Shown one piece after another: positions 41,494 through 54,944 of a stretch of DNA of 64,000 nucleotides; within the stretch, counting starts at the first letter, position 1; the number at the start of each line of letters is the position of its first letter. The DNA is from Kudoa neothunni. Lineage: Eukaryota > Animalia > Cnidaria. Location: contig OZ199839.1 in assembly GCA_964304625.1 (NCBI GenBank), forward strand, positions 6,614,127-6,678,126. The letters run 5' to 3'. Both the position numbers and the translations under genes were made by a program. The notes under the pieces are model-generated. The model was not told where the DNA came from, made no database searches, and saw only the letters and a list, made by a program, of their open reading frames with translations.

Positions 41494-43104
41494 ATGAATT
41501 TACTACATTGGACAACTTATGCTTTGTTTTTAACCGCCTGCTCTCTTGGTAATCATTTAGCGTTGAAAAGAGTCATATATGTTTCATAGAAAAAGATTTG
41601 GATTCATATGTTGATCTAAATGTTAAAAATACAGCTTTGAAAGATGATTTCAAGGTGAAAAGATATAGAATCATCCATGCTACTGGAATATGCGAAGAAT
41701 TTGATTACAAAGGAAAAGGAATGAACTTCAATAATTTTAAATCATTAGAAGAATGTGAAAATCATAGTAACATTAATATTAGTCGTTCTTTTATAACTTC
41801 ATTAAGAAAAAAAGACAAAAGATGATGTATTTAAGGCAGTTAAAGCAGTTAAAGTTGATACAAATCCAAATTCTGAACCTACAATATCGTGCACAGGAGT
41901 AGCCGTAAACAAATACTACCTCAAAAAAACTATAACCGATGGCGTAACCTCTTATTCTTGTACAAATTTCGAGTATAAGGGTTGTGGAGGTGGACAGAAT
42001 TTCTTCAACTCCCAGTCAGAGTGTCAACAAGCAAAAGCCGGTACCTTATTGAATTACTTTGAATTTTAGTAAATTCATTAATAGCCGTTGTTGGAGGTGA
42101 AAAAAAACCGTTTTCATTGCGGCATTCACCCAGCGTTAGAAGTTAATTCATATAAAATGATTATGGTCGTTGCTGATATGTCAGCACATAAATGTGTACA
42201 TGCCGTGGTAAATGAGGGTGAAACAATGGGAGTATTTGATTCAGTGCAACAATGTAACCAAATATGTTTAAGTAATTTGTGAAATTAATATTAGGAAAAT
42301 AATTGGTAATGATTAAGGTTCTCCCACCGACATGAACCCTAAATGTAACTCAAGGATTTCCCAAATGAAATGTGATAGGAAGATTGTCCAAAGATATTTT
42401 TACAAAAAATCATCCAAGGTCTGTGAGATTTATGAAACAGAAGATTGCAAGCATCCAGACAATGCAAATACCTTTGAAACATTAGACGACTGTGTTGGTT
42501 CATGTCCTACCCACACAGGTACTCCTCCATAGTTAATCCTCCTCATTAATAAATAATTTTTAGGTTTAACTTCGGATGAGGAAGATGGTATTACGTACAA
42601 AAAAGCTAATGACATTTGCAGACTGGGCAGAAGTGAAGGTGTTGGGCATTTATTTTTAGCCAGATATTATTTCGATCGTCATACAAAAACGTGTATGCCA
42701 TTCATATACAGAGGAATTGGAGGAAATGACAATAGATTCAGAACCAGGGATGAATGCATGGGAGTGTGTTCTGGTAAGAGTTCTGAAATCTCGAAACCTC
42801 CATCGTATATAACCATATCTATTTTCAATATAACGTTATTAATAGTGTGAGAGATCCACCAGTTGAGGACTCTATCGATTCCATCACTACAGCTGCTACT
42901 GAAACTACCACCACCACCGATGTTTCCTCAACTGAAGCCTTCGCGTCTGTAACCACCACCCCCAATGAAACATTAGCTACTGAATCTGATGAAGCTACGA
43001 GCGAAGATAACCAAGGTGATAAAAATATAAACGAAAGTGCTCCAAATAATGGATTTTTAGACCCAAATACCCAAGAGGAGCCATCTCATGGAGTCCCAGC
43101 ATAA
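41494..43104 (+). CDS. Divergent secreted five-domain Kunitz-like protein with Ser/Thr/acidic C-terminal tail, paralog F (7 exons; +1 indel at 42100-42107)
   Basis: Leader MNLLHWTTYALFLTACSL is followed by five phase-1 domain exons (FDYKGKGMNFNNF, FEYKGCGGGQNFF, KCVHAVV, QRYFY..ANTF, FIYRGIGGNDNRF). The last exon is ORF 42847-43104, with an uncertain acceptor. Confidence 0.85.
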
Positions 43105-44193
43105 AACTTTTAGCAAAGTATCGATAATAATGGTTAGGACACATCTTATAGTTGATGAATGTGACATATGACTTACTTTCGTATTTCATTGGATACTTTA
43201 TAGTCGAACTTATATTTGTTGACTAAATTTTGTTCCTATAATTTCGAATGTTCATTGTATGATAAAAGAGGAAAGTGGCTATATCTCAGGGAATGAATAT
43301 CTATAAAACTAATGCATATTTTTCATATTATCTAATATTTACATAATTTTCTGTATGTTTTGAAAAATTTTAATAATAAGAAATTTTCAGTAGTGCAACC
43401 ATCATGAGTCCATCAATAATTTAATGTAATCACCATATAATTTTAAGTATTTCGATAAAAAAAGCAGTATTCTCTTTTGAACTAGTCTATATAAATAATC
43501 AATTTTTAGTCTAAAAGTTATTTTAGCTTCCGTTGTATTCTTTAAGGTTGGAATGGTAAAGATGAGTTTTAACATGTTTATATATGGAATATGTTTTGTT
43601 TCCTTCGTTGATCTTTATATTGTCATAATATGTGGATAATCAAAATTTCGATTATCACAAACATTACCCTCCTTTTATAAAAAATTGTGTATTCATCGAT
43701 GAATGAAGTCATATGAATAGCGGTTTTTAAACGTGGGTCGTCCTATAATAGAAAATAATAAATTAATTCTTACAACCATTATGACAAGAAAAAACAAATT
43801 GAAATAGAAACAGTTGGGTTCAAGGATCTTTCCCACACTTTCACGTTCCATCTTCCCACAAGTAATCCTTTTCTACTCATCATTCCAAACAACAAAATCC
43901 TTGTATTCGATTTCACATTCATCCTACCATTCCTACTAACGACTACTTTCCCTTACTTTATCCTAAACCCATTTTTCGACTAAATGATAAAAGAAATTAC
44001 ACTGACAACCTTATCCATACTTTCCATTCTTGCCATCGGAAACGATCCTATCTCCTCTCTGCAACAATTCCCACAACGCGGCTGCGGCGTTAAAAATGAG
44101 CCGCTCTTATATAAACACACCAGTTTACTTAATTCTTTAACCTATCTATTTTTCTGCCTTAGTTCCTATTTGTATTTTTTGCGCTGATACCTC

Positions 44194-45771
44194 AACGGCG
44201 AACTCTCGCCGGAATTAATCCGCTGGGCCCGTCGCGTCGATTTTAAATGGAGCAGTTGCTTCTGATACAAAAAGACACTGATACAATAACAAAACAATAG
44301 AGATAATACAATAATATTTTTATCAATATTCTAAACGCCCATTATATATACATATATACGTGCGATAGTTTCGACTTAAAATATGTCATAATAAAGATGA
44401 TAATTTTGACATATTGATTGGATTTGCTCATATCTTTTATAGTTTTTTTCCATATGTTTTGGAGCTTGGGTGTGATAATTGATAACTTATTTCTTGTTCG
44501 GTGATGCTTTGTTGTTCCTTTAACATTTTTATAAATGGTAAAATTCCGGAATGATGTTGGGAAAATTTAGAGGTAAAATGTCTGTTAAATATTTAGGCGG
44601 AATTTGAGATCAGTTTAACGTTTTGAAATATTCTATTATATGTATTTCAAGATTCTATTGGGAATTTTGTATTTCAAATAAAGTTTTTTTCAAAATAACT
44701 CATGAATGTTGGCATATTTACATATTCCATTTTGTTTGATTTTTCTTTTAGTTTTATATATTCATCTTCGACGTGATGGGTGGGAACAAATACAAGTGAA
44801 GTTATACTTTTAATAAAATATTTAAAATCATCGTTTTTTTCATATTCATCAGAAAAGCCGAGTTTTTGAATTTTTCTATATACACATTGTCCCAAATGAA
44901 AAAGACAGAAATAAACATTATATATTGTTGCTTTTTAAAAAGCATTGTATGCTCCAATTTTAAAATCGATTGTAACATAGTTTGGTAGTTCCATCTTACC
45001 TTTTTCTTTGATTATTTGAATTATTTTGTCGTATGTTTGTTGTGTTTTGTTGGACGCGAGGGAAAATTTTGTTGAAAGCTGAGCCATGAATGAAATAAAG
45101 TTGGTAAAAATTGTTTGGTGCCACTCTGAATATTCCATAGGCTATCCAATAATTTGATGATTTTAAATGGATTAAATTTTTTTCTGTTGAAAATATTATT
45201 ATTCGATTTTTATCTGTAGATCCGGAATCGTAGAGACAAAATGGTTCGTTTCGCAACGTTAACAATGATTTATAATTTCCAGGAACTGGAGAGGTATCGA
45301 TGTTTTCTCTTTTTCTCTTTTTCTCGTGTTTTGAATATTTTTATATAATGTTTCTTTGATATAATTGGTGAATTGTTAATATTTTCGTCAACTGAAACTA
45401 GACTATAAACTTTTGATGTTGGGTAAACGGATGTTTTGGCTATATTTGTGATTTTATCGTATAATAGTTGTTTTTATATATCCTCATCGTTAATAATATG
45501 GTTGTGGAAGTGTAATTCATCGATACTGTTTAATTATTGAGGGGATAAGATCCTATCTTCCTTGGCATTTTCGAATTTGACGCCGCCAATATTGAAATTT
45601 CTCATTGTTGTAATCTTTTAAGTAGAAATAACCTTTGTATAAAAGCATGCCATTGTTTCTTTTAGATTTAAGTATCTTAAATTCTGGAACAGAATCTTCC
45701 GCCATATTTATTATGTTGTCTCTCGCGGTTGTGCGAGCAACAAATTAATTCCGCCGAAAATTCGCCATACC
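44194..45771 (-). mobile_element. MULE (Mutator-like) transposon remnant
   Basis: The ends are inverted GGCGAA.T.TCG.CGGAATTAAT. Motifs include IIIFSTEKNL..WIAYGIFRVAPNNFYQLYFIHG, VTIDF and CLFHLGQCVYRKIQ. Confidence 0.85.
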
Positions 45772-46099
45772 ATTTTAATTAGAGAGAATATTATTGTTTC
45801 ATATTTTTTATTTTTGCAGCAAAAGAAATAGTCGTTAACATCGATCCTTTAGGTCTTCCTATTGTTTTAATTTTCGTTGAGAGTGATAACACTAAATAAG
45901 GTTTGTTGACATGGAACTAAATCAAAATACTTTCTATCCCATTTTATCTTTTCTTTGCCAATATGCATGTGTGGAACTAAATTAAAGAGATTCTCAACAG
46001 GAACATTATTCGTTGGCCCATTCGACGAGTTATTTAAGATTTGGTTAGAATTATGTAACATAGTTGTTTTGATAAGTAATCCTAAATTTTTCCAAATAA

Positions 46100-48113
46100 A
46101 TTAAATACTTTACTTACTATAATACCTGATTTTTCAACATCAACTGAAGACACTGAAGCTTCGTTCATCATTATTTTAAGAAAGTTTAAAGGGTTCGATT
46201 ACTTATATTCGATATTTCATCGATTTTGGAGCGGTCGTGATTTCTTATTAATCCTTCTACCTCAATAAAAACATCAATGCATTTTTCATAAAATTCTCCG
46301 CTATATTCCATAGAAGTTGCTCCATGTTTGTTAGTATAAACAAATGAATTTTTTAGACGCTTCGAAAATGTTTCTAACTTTTTTGGAGGGGTTTCTTCAA
46401 TAGTTAAGGCATTGATTTCGAGTTTAACAATGTTAGTGAATATTATTTCTTGAATAAATTCATTAGCATATGCTCTTGTTCATCTTTTGTCGCAAAGGGT
46501 TGATTCAAACGCAGGTTCGAAGTTCATTGCTCTCGTAAACAAAATGTGCCTGCATGGTGAATTATATGATCTTTTCAATAAACACGAACAGTAATTAATG
46601 CTAGATATATTTCGTTCGCATTCTTCACTCATTATTGGTAATTATTTATTAATAATTTCAGAAGCAAAAGGACACAAAAGCACAAAGTATGACTTTTGAG
46701 TTGAATTCGGCTCATATGTATGATTACTTCTCATTAGTTCTGAAACGGTTTTATTGTATCTTTCAATTCTCATCGAATAAATACAATCAAAAAATCTTTT
46801 AAAGAAGTCACTTAAAGTTGAAAATTTTTTTATTAAGTTTTTTAAATAATCATTCAAAGCTTCTAGATGATTATTTGCAGTGATGCCGAATATATATTAA
46901 TGGTATTACTAATGGATATAATCCATTCATCACAAATTGGCAACCAGTTGGTTTTAAAATATGCCGATAATGCAGCATTATTAAAATTAAAAAGCTCACA
47001 ATACAATTGGTCAAAGTAGACTTTATCAGGGAAATAAATCATATTTGTTTATAATTTGATAATTTTATTTCTAGTATCCGTCGTTATTTTATACTTTTTT
47101 GTGGTAAGTTCCCTTTGAAATATTTGTATTACATGAAACTTACAGATAAAGAGATGAGCCTTTGGGAGAACATTTTTCAATCACCTACTTACTTCATGAT
47201 CTTGATCAGTAACAACGGTACATAGTTTTTCATTTAAAATAAGACAGGATTCTAAAATTTGTTTCCTGTACCATTCGATGGCTTCCTCATAAAATATGCA
47301 TGCAGAAATAATGTGAGCTTGCCCCATAGAATCGATAGCAGCAGTTAGGTACAACGGTGCATTAATAAAAATAAAAATGGTGGAGTTTCTTCAAATTCCA
47401 TACATGTACAATTACCGTGAGTCCAAAAGTTTATATGTTGCATCCATTAACGTATATGCTGGATAGAATCGAAGAGTTCGTTACATTAGTTGATCAATAA
47501 AGAATATTCCAGTGACAACATTATTGTCGTTTTTTTTAATTTTAACATCACAATTAAAATTTTGAGTTAACATGATGAATGCCGTGGATAATCTATATTT
47601 ATTATCTTCCTTGTTTTCACATTGTGTGGTAACTCCGCGAGATATTTTTACCTGTTTCATTACTTAATTCTGTTTGAATAAGTTTTTTATTGGCTCCGTG
47701 TGATATTAATTCAGCAATATGTTCATCGTTTAGATCAATTTTTCGTTGATCGGGTAAGAACTTGTATATCGAAGGGTTACATGGATGATTATGTACTTCA
47801 TTTAGCGATTTAATTTCCAACAATTTTCCGTCATCGCTGACTCTAAATGTAATGCTAAAAAGACGATCACCTTTGTATGTCGACGATTTTCGTTCTCCTT
47901 TGGCTTTTTTTGTATAGGGGACCAAAAATGCACTCGAACTTTATTTCTTAATATATTAGAGCTTCATTAAAAACTTTCTGAATTTTATGTTGAACATTCT
48001 GTATTTTTCGTGATTCTCATTTTCAATTTACAGAAAAAATGATTTTCAAATCGATTAATAAGATCATTTAATGATTCGTAAGAGTCAACTTTCAATCCAA
48101 GTGCGAATTCCAT
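46100..48113 (-). mobile_element. MULE-type transposase remnant with SWIM zinc finger
   Basis: Broken minus-strand frames give HNHP, AAIDSMGQAH, ICKFHV, TANNHLEALND and CSCLLKRSYNSPCRHILF. Confidence 0.7.
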
Positions 48114-49783
48114 CTTACAAGTGACGATAACGAGCCAACAATTAAGGTTACCACGAATACAACACGTACCTCTTTTTATTGTGGATATTAAATTCAGATA
48201 ACGTTTTATGAGAAATTTAAATTTTTACGAATAATTATAATTTACTGAAGCTAAAAAATTATATATATATATATGTATATTTGTAGAATTAAAATATAGT
48301 AAAACGAAATTGTGCTCGCTGCCATTTATTGTAAATAACAAGTTTTTATATTTATTTAAGATATAAAATTAAATATTCCTTCGAAAATAATTACTTTAAA
48401 GGTTTACTGAATTTACTACATACAATATTATAATTGTTTACATGAAAAACATTAATACTTAATATCTGTGTAGATACGCAAGACTAAAGATATGAATAGG
48501 ATCCATAAATCAAATTTTTACTTAAATATATATAACAAATACAACTATTTCATTTCATATAAACACAGTTAAGGATTTTTTAACAGATTTTATTAACTGT
48601 ACTAGATCGGACATGATTTGTTTAATCAGAGTCGATAGGGTGGACATTTTTACATCAAAATAAAATGTCTGGTATTTGGTTATTTAGTTAACGAAACCTG
48701 TATTAGTAAAAAATTAAAATATATATTTTACATTACTTACAATAAACATAAAACATGAAATTTATAGTCATAACATTAGAAATTTCAATAACTTGAATTT
48801 TCTCCGAAATCATTAATTATAAATTTGAATTTCATATTTTTACTGGTTTCTAAGATTTGGAGTAATTCCCTCCCGTAGCAATAGACAATCCCCGCATGTG
48901 GATTATACGGATCTGTAGCAATAGCCACTGCCATAAATAAAAGGTCGCTGAATTGATTAATGTAGTTTTAAAAAAGACATAATATTTATGTTATGCGCAT
49001 GCATACTCAGCGAATCTCGTTTAACTGAAATTTCAGTATCCGAAAGGAAAACGCCACGTCCCCAGATTTCCGGATAAACCAGGTTCGACTGTACAATCTT
49101 TTTGTTTAAAAATATTATGTTTACCATTTATATTGTCTTCTTCTTCATCGCTATTCAGGTAGTATTCGTCTAAGTAATTTCCTAACTCAAGTGACGCAAT
49201 ACTTTCATTATCCGATGAAAGAAAATCACTTGATGAAACAAAACTTGCCATTCTAGCTTTCGAACACCTCATGGGGATTAATCGACCTGTATAACCAGTA
49301 TTACTTAACTTAATATTAAGACCAAGAGGTATAAAAACGAATTAAAATATGAAATAATCTTTCGTCCTTAATTTTACAATGTGTTAGAAAATATTTTACT
49401 TATAATATACGTAAAATTATAACAAAAATCGAGCTTTATTAAGACCTATAATTGTGATTTAATCGACCACTTGGATCGTGGATCCATTGGTTAGCCAAAG
49501 GGTTAACAGCGAGGTTAAAATTTCATTAACTAACGTTACCGTTCGATAAACAGATGATACTGTTTTACAAATTGGTGTTAACGCTCAAAACCCCAATAAT
49601 TCACATCATAATGATGGCAACAATTTTCGTCCTAATAAAAAAATCTGGAATGATATTGTTGTAATAATTTAAAAAGGAATGCTGTATATTTATCAATACT
49701 TCGGATCAATATTGACAAACGAATTTTTAAATCATAAATTCGCCCAGTACCTATATGATTTTCTTCTCATCCATATACACTCA

Positions 49784-50980
49784 AGAAAAAATGGTCATTC
49801 TTTACATAACGGGACGTTAGTCGGAAACTTTAGCCGCGCGATCAAAAAATGGAAGACTATAGGAGAAATTTTGATTTTGAAAATATTGATTCCATCAATA
49901 TAATGAAATATGTATTTTTTAGGATATATACTATCAAAACAATGCAGAAACTTGGTCTGATTTCATCAGAGAAAAAGTGAATTTGTGGGACGATGATGAA
50001 TCTCATATCAAATGAAAATTGCCGGGGTCTGCTTTTCTTCCAAAACTAGCCTGGACAATATGGCATAGTGGTGTTAGGTCGAGATCGAATACCATGAGGT
50101 CGCGAATTCGCAGCCTAGTCCAAGCGATCCTGTACTCCTAATCCGAAATTGAGTAAAAAGGCTGTAGTAATCGCAAAGATCTACGATTTATCGTAGCCTC
50201 GTTTGCAGTTGGGAGGGGAGTCTGGCGGAAGTGTAGATATCGAGCGCTCATAAACGCCGGGATACAATAGCGAAATACAACCCAGTGTGGGTTTCCTTAG
50301 AGCCAACGCCCGCATTCATACGACTTTTCCAGATTAATTCTGGGTTAGTCCAGAGTATGGTTGGAGTGGTGGTTGCTCCGAAACAAGGATGTTTAGTGGG
50401 TTAAAATTCCACGCTACCGCACTAACGTAAGTCGCCATAATATGAAAATGTGGTGCCTAAAAGAAAATATAATGTTGGTATACTATTAAAACTCCAGTAT
50501 TATTGGTTTATTGGATTGTTGGTGGTATTGATGAGGATGGTGAATGTTTTTTTGAACTGACGATGAGAAGAAGTAACGTGCTTAAAAAAATTATTCTTGA
50601 TAATGTTGAAGAGAATTCTGTTATCTGGACAAATCCATGGGGGACTACAATCGTCTGAACGATTTAGGATTTTTTCGCGATACACTCTGTCTAAAATATT
50701 CGTTTGTTATTGATACTGATGTATATAAAAATAAAATCGAAGCTACGTGGGGAGTATTCAAACGAAAGTAACGGAACATTATTAATAAAAATGAAGAGTC
50801 AGTATATGCTTTTATTTCGGATTATTTATTCCGTAAAAAATATAGAGGAATCGAATATAGTACCTTCTTTAAAGAAATAATGAATAATTATTTAATATAA
50901 TTTATTTTTCTGGTTTTTCGCAAATTTTCCCAAAAGTTCACGACCGTCGTCCCGTTTTATAGAGAATAAACCGTTTTTCT
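49784..50980 (+). mobile_element. Merlin/ISXO2-like transposon remnant with nested SINE
   Basis: Inverted ends ..AACGGGACG..GTCG.AACTTT. It retains WIVGGID, NVEENSVIWT and NKIEATWG (50500-50870). Confidence 0.75.
50048..50460 (+). mobile_element. tRNA-derived SINE-like element (copy 1)
   Basis: A-box-like TGGCATAGTGG and B-box-like GAATTCG at the 5' end. About 400 bp is collinear with the inverted copy at 54945-55356. Confidence 0.6.
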
Positions 50981-51307
50981 ATACACATGTTTAAGTGACT
51001 AATAGCGATAAATCTTTCTGTTTATTTAGAGAGTTTTTTTACATTTCTTTCTTAATGGTTCACATACAATAAAAATTTCAAATAAATTTTTTTAATAGCT
51101 TCATTAGGTGTTCTCTATATATTCAATATCTAGATAAATCAACTGAAATTAAATAATCAAATGTATTTTTTATTTCGTTTAAAACTATACCATTAATCAG
51201 AACTTTATTAAGGTCCATCGTAGGCCACAAAAAAGCTCAGTGAGGGCCGGAGTTTGTGCACCCCTGGCCTACTACAATTATCACGCATCGACGACGATTA
51301 CTACCAC

Positions 51308-52746
51308 TGGGGTTCCCACGGTTGGTACGAAACGTACCAAAATGGTACTGTTACGCCCGTAATGAAGGTTTTTGTACGATTTCGCAGCGAGTTGATACGT
51401 TTTTTTAGGTCAATGAGTTCCGAGATAGAATTATTATAAGTGCGTGCCATATAATGATATAATGAGTTAGAAGACTTGGGGAAAAGTATACACTCATATC
51501 CCTCAAATAGTTTAAAACTTCAAAATGAATATAACGAATTAGAACAATTATTCGGCGTCGCGCATCAGATGATATTGTATCTTTGCCGCACAATATGGCT
51601 GTCTCTTGAGCAAGTTATTAAGAAAATATTGGAAGAATTGACAGTTCTCAATAAGTTTCTCATATTTGGACCATAAGTTAACAGGGTAAACCCATAAATA
51701 AAACGTATTATGCTTTTTTTAACTTTTTCTTCTCGAGTCAATAAACTCAACGTTGAATTACAATATGAGAGTTTAGAGTTCATAAACTAAAGAATTCTCT
51801 TGAAAATATTATTAATGTGAAACTTAATTATTTTTCGAGAAGAAATCTGATCAAAAGTTAACACCTTCTGAAACTTGAATTTTGAATACCCCTTAATTAT
51901 ATTCTTCCGGATAAGTTTTGTTATGGGTCTATAGGAGAATCAATTTAGATTGAAAATACTACTGGAATAAGTACTTAGGATCTTGTTTACTTTCTTACCA
52001 AAACTCTGGATTTCCATTTATTACTGACGGAACAGATATTTCAAAGGTTTTTAAACATCGTTAAATTTATTCATTTACAAATATTTCAAGCAATGCATCC
52101 TGAAAATGCTAATGAAGGAAAACCCCATTCCATTATACCTCGCTTAAAGAGATCTCCAAGTATTATCGCTGAAGATGAGTATTTAAATTTGGATGATGAA
52201 CAGATAGAACTCAGCATGTAAAATCATGGTCATTTCACTGAAAAAGACCCCAAGAAATATTGGTATGCCGTCACAAGTGAAAGAAGAGGAGAAACATTTA
52301 TGTATCAATCACTATCAAAATTAGTGCTGTCTACTTGCTTTGCCCCGTACGCCTGGGTCTGCAGATATATTATTTTTTATTAATGAATAAAAACAAAGTT
52401 AGAAACAGATTTATATTAGAAGATGAAACAATATATGCTCTGCTATATTCTGAATGTTTACTGAGAGACTCCAGTCGCATGAGGTGGAATCCATCTGACC
52501 AATTAATTAAAATGTTGGAAAAAATAAACGTATATGATGAGGGGGATAATGATAATTAACTAACATTTTGATACATAAATAGGCCCTATTAACTATTTTT
52601 TCTGTTTTAATTAGTTTAATATAGCTATGATTATATTTTTGTGTTTTACTTTTAAAATATGGTACCTTTTTAAAATTTTTGGTACTATTTGGTATGTTTA
52701 TATTACATTAATTGGTATGATTTACAAAAATCGTCTGGCAACCCTG
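51308..52746 (+). mobile_element. hAT transposon remnant
   Basis: The right end TCTGGCAACCCTG (CAGGGTTGCCAGA type) has GGTAC subterminal repeats. A C-terminal dimerisation-domain remnant reads KYWYAV..YQSLSKL..KNKVRNR. Confidence 0.7.
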
Positions 52747-53213
52747 TCTACTACTACTACTACTACTTTCACTAATACTATTCCCAGTACGGATTATAAT
52801 TACTTACAGTAATGTTATTCTATGGTATACTGTATAATTCCATCTTTAACGCAGCTATAACATTCCTGGAATGATTTTATTTTTTATAATGATAAATATG
52901 AATATTGTACGAAGCGTGATCGGTTTCTCATTATACAAAGTAGTCCAAGATAAAAAAACCTATAAAGAATATTAGTTTTATCAAAGAGCATGTTTTTATA
53001 TAATATTTATGTATCAACACGAGTATGATTAAACCTATATTTAATAATCAATGTTAATAAAAATTCAGTTTTCGGAATAAATAACCAGTCATATATTGAT
53101 ATTAATCAATGACATTAATAAATTATGAATCAATTAAGTATTAAATATGCATTGATGAAGAGATCATGTACCGAATAGGGAGTATAAACGACTATTATAC
53201 ATAAGTAGGCATT

Positions 53214-54590
53214 ATGCTGTGGTTTTCATTATTTACTATTTTCCTCACTAATGTTACAGCGGGTGATTGATTTAATTCTTTATTTATATTGTTTTATTTT
53301 TAAAAAGAGAGAGCTTTACCTTCTTATGAAAAGGATGTTGGCCAGGCCCCAGCTTGGTTGACGACTGATGCTTTGAAAGCACAGGCTGCTGTAGAAAGAT
53401 GGTATATTGACAAAGATGACGCGACTTGCAAACCCTTTACTTATCTTGGGTCTCTTGGAAATTTCAACAACTTTGTTTCAAGATCTGCTTGCAACGAGCA
53501 TCGTATATCGCGTTAAATTTATTTAAACATTTAATCCTGAAATAGTAAAATTCAAACCTGAAGAACAAGCGGATGCATGTGCATTGCCACAAAGAGATGG
53601 GGATTGTGGCTTAATTGGCGATAAAAGAATAACAAGATGGTACTTCAGCAAGGATGCTGTTAACGGTGTGTCAGGCGCTTGCCACAGCTTTAAATATAAT
53701 GGATGCGGTGGAAACGCAAACAACTTTGAATCAGAAAAGGAATGTAAACAAGCTTGCCAAAGTAATTCGCATTAATGCATTCCTTCTTGATTTAATATTA
53801 ATATAATATTTTTTCACTCATCTTTACAGACAACAAAAATGGTGGAATGGATTCTGGAGCTGCAGAAAATACTATGACCGCTACTCCAAATGAATTTGAT
53901 TGTAAATTTGTACCCGAAGTCAAATCCGCCACACCTGTAATGGGGATTGTTCCCCACAAAGATGGGGAAAAAATGCGTTTACGCTGCTGTTGGAAAAGAT
54001 GCAACAAGAGGATTTTTCAAAGAGTTACCAAACTGTGTGAAAACTTGCATAAGTATAATTTTAAACATTATTCAATATCTTATTTATTTCAAACAGAAAA
54101 AAAAGTTCCAGCGTGCAAAGCTAACGGCCCACATCAAGTAGAAAGCGAAACTGATATCACACTAACATCTCAAGTAACTACGTACTACTATTTCAACAAA
54201 ACCTCAGCATTATGCTTACCCTTCATGTCAAAAACAGTTGGAACTGATACTCCGAAAATTGACGATGGTGCATTAAACATATTTAGCTCTGTTGAGTTGT
54301 GTGCAAGTTCTGTCCCGCAAGTATGAACATAATTTCGAATAGAATGTAATCATATTAGTGTAGCTGGTCACATTGGTCAACTGACTGCAGTTGAAGCTTG
54401 TTTACTGCCAAAAGCTGGATTGTCAAGTACCACTGATAAATACAAAATTAGTAGGTACTACTACAATCCATCTGCATCCGGTACTAAATGCACAGCATTT
54501 AATTTTAACGGAAGAGACATGAACCTAAATAATTTCAAAGATTCAACAGATTGCACAAATATTTGTGAAACTCCATTGAGTACATCATAG
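53214..54590 (+). CDS. Secreted five-domain Kunitz-like protein, paralog D (+1 indel at ~53965, -1 at ~54308)
   Basis: Leader MLWFSLFTIFLTNVTA with the same six-exon structure and motifs. Confidence 0.9.
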
Positions 54591-54944
54591 TCGTGGAAAC
54601 GTCTTCGATAATATTTTATAGCCCATATTTTAAATTCTCTTACTGAGCTAGTTATTATTATACACTTTAACGAGATTGCGTGAATTTTTACCAACACTGT
54701 ACTTAAGATAACTATATTTATTCAATGTTTCTTTTATAAAAACTACATCCAAACATGATAAAAATATTCGAAACAATTTTGACTGTTGATAAAATGTAAT
54801 ATACTATCGAACTCGATTATCCGGAAACTTTGGAACCAGCGATTTTCTTGCCGGATAGCTTTTTTTTGTTTAAAAGATCAAACCCCTGGCGCAACTTGTT
54901 AGGTTGTGAAGTTCGACTGGTTAGGCCTTCTCCATTTAGGCTTT

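Noticed and set aside
50053-50125. Functional tRNA gene
   Set aside because: There is no clean cloverleaf, and it continues into a repeated body, so it was treated as a SINE head.
50200-50430. Possible hammerhead or twister ribozyme in the SINE body
   Set aside because: I found no CUGAnGA core or convincing twister pseudoknot by eye in either copy. An Rfam/Infernal scan would be needed.
35528-51267. hAT-like ends (CAGTGGTGGGCAC.. / ..GTGCACCCCTG) bracketing Kunitz C and F as one giant element
   Set aside because: The termini match poorly and there is no 8-bp TSD, so they are more likely two independent fragments.
53847-54326. 159-aa ORF with a Cys/Arg-rich segment suggesting a novel peptide or programmed frameshift
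   Set aside because: It is created by the +1 indel at ~53965 reading through intron 4 and is absent in the paralogs.
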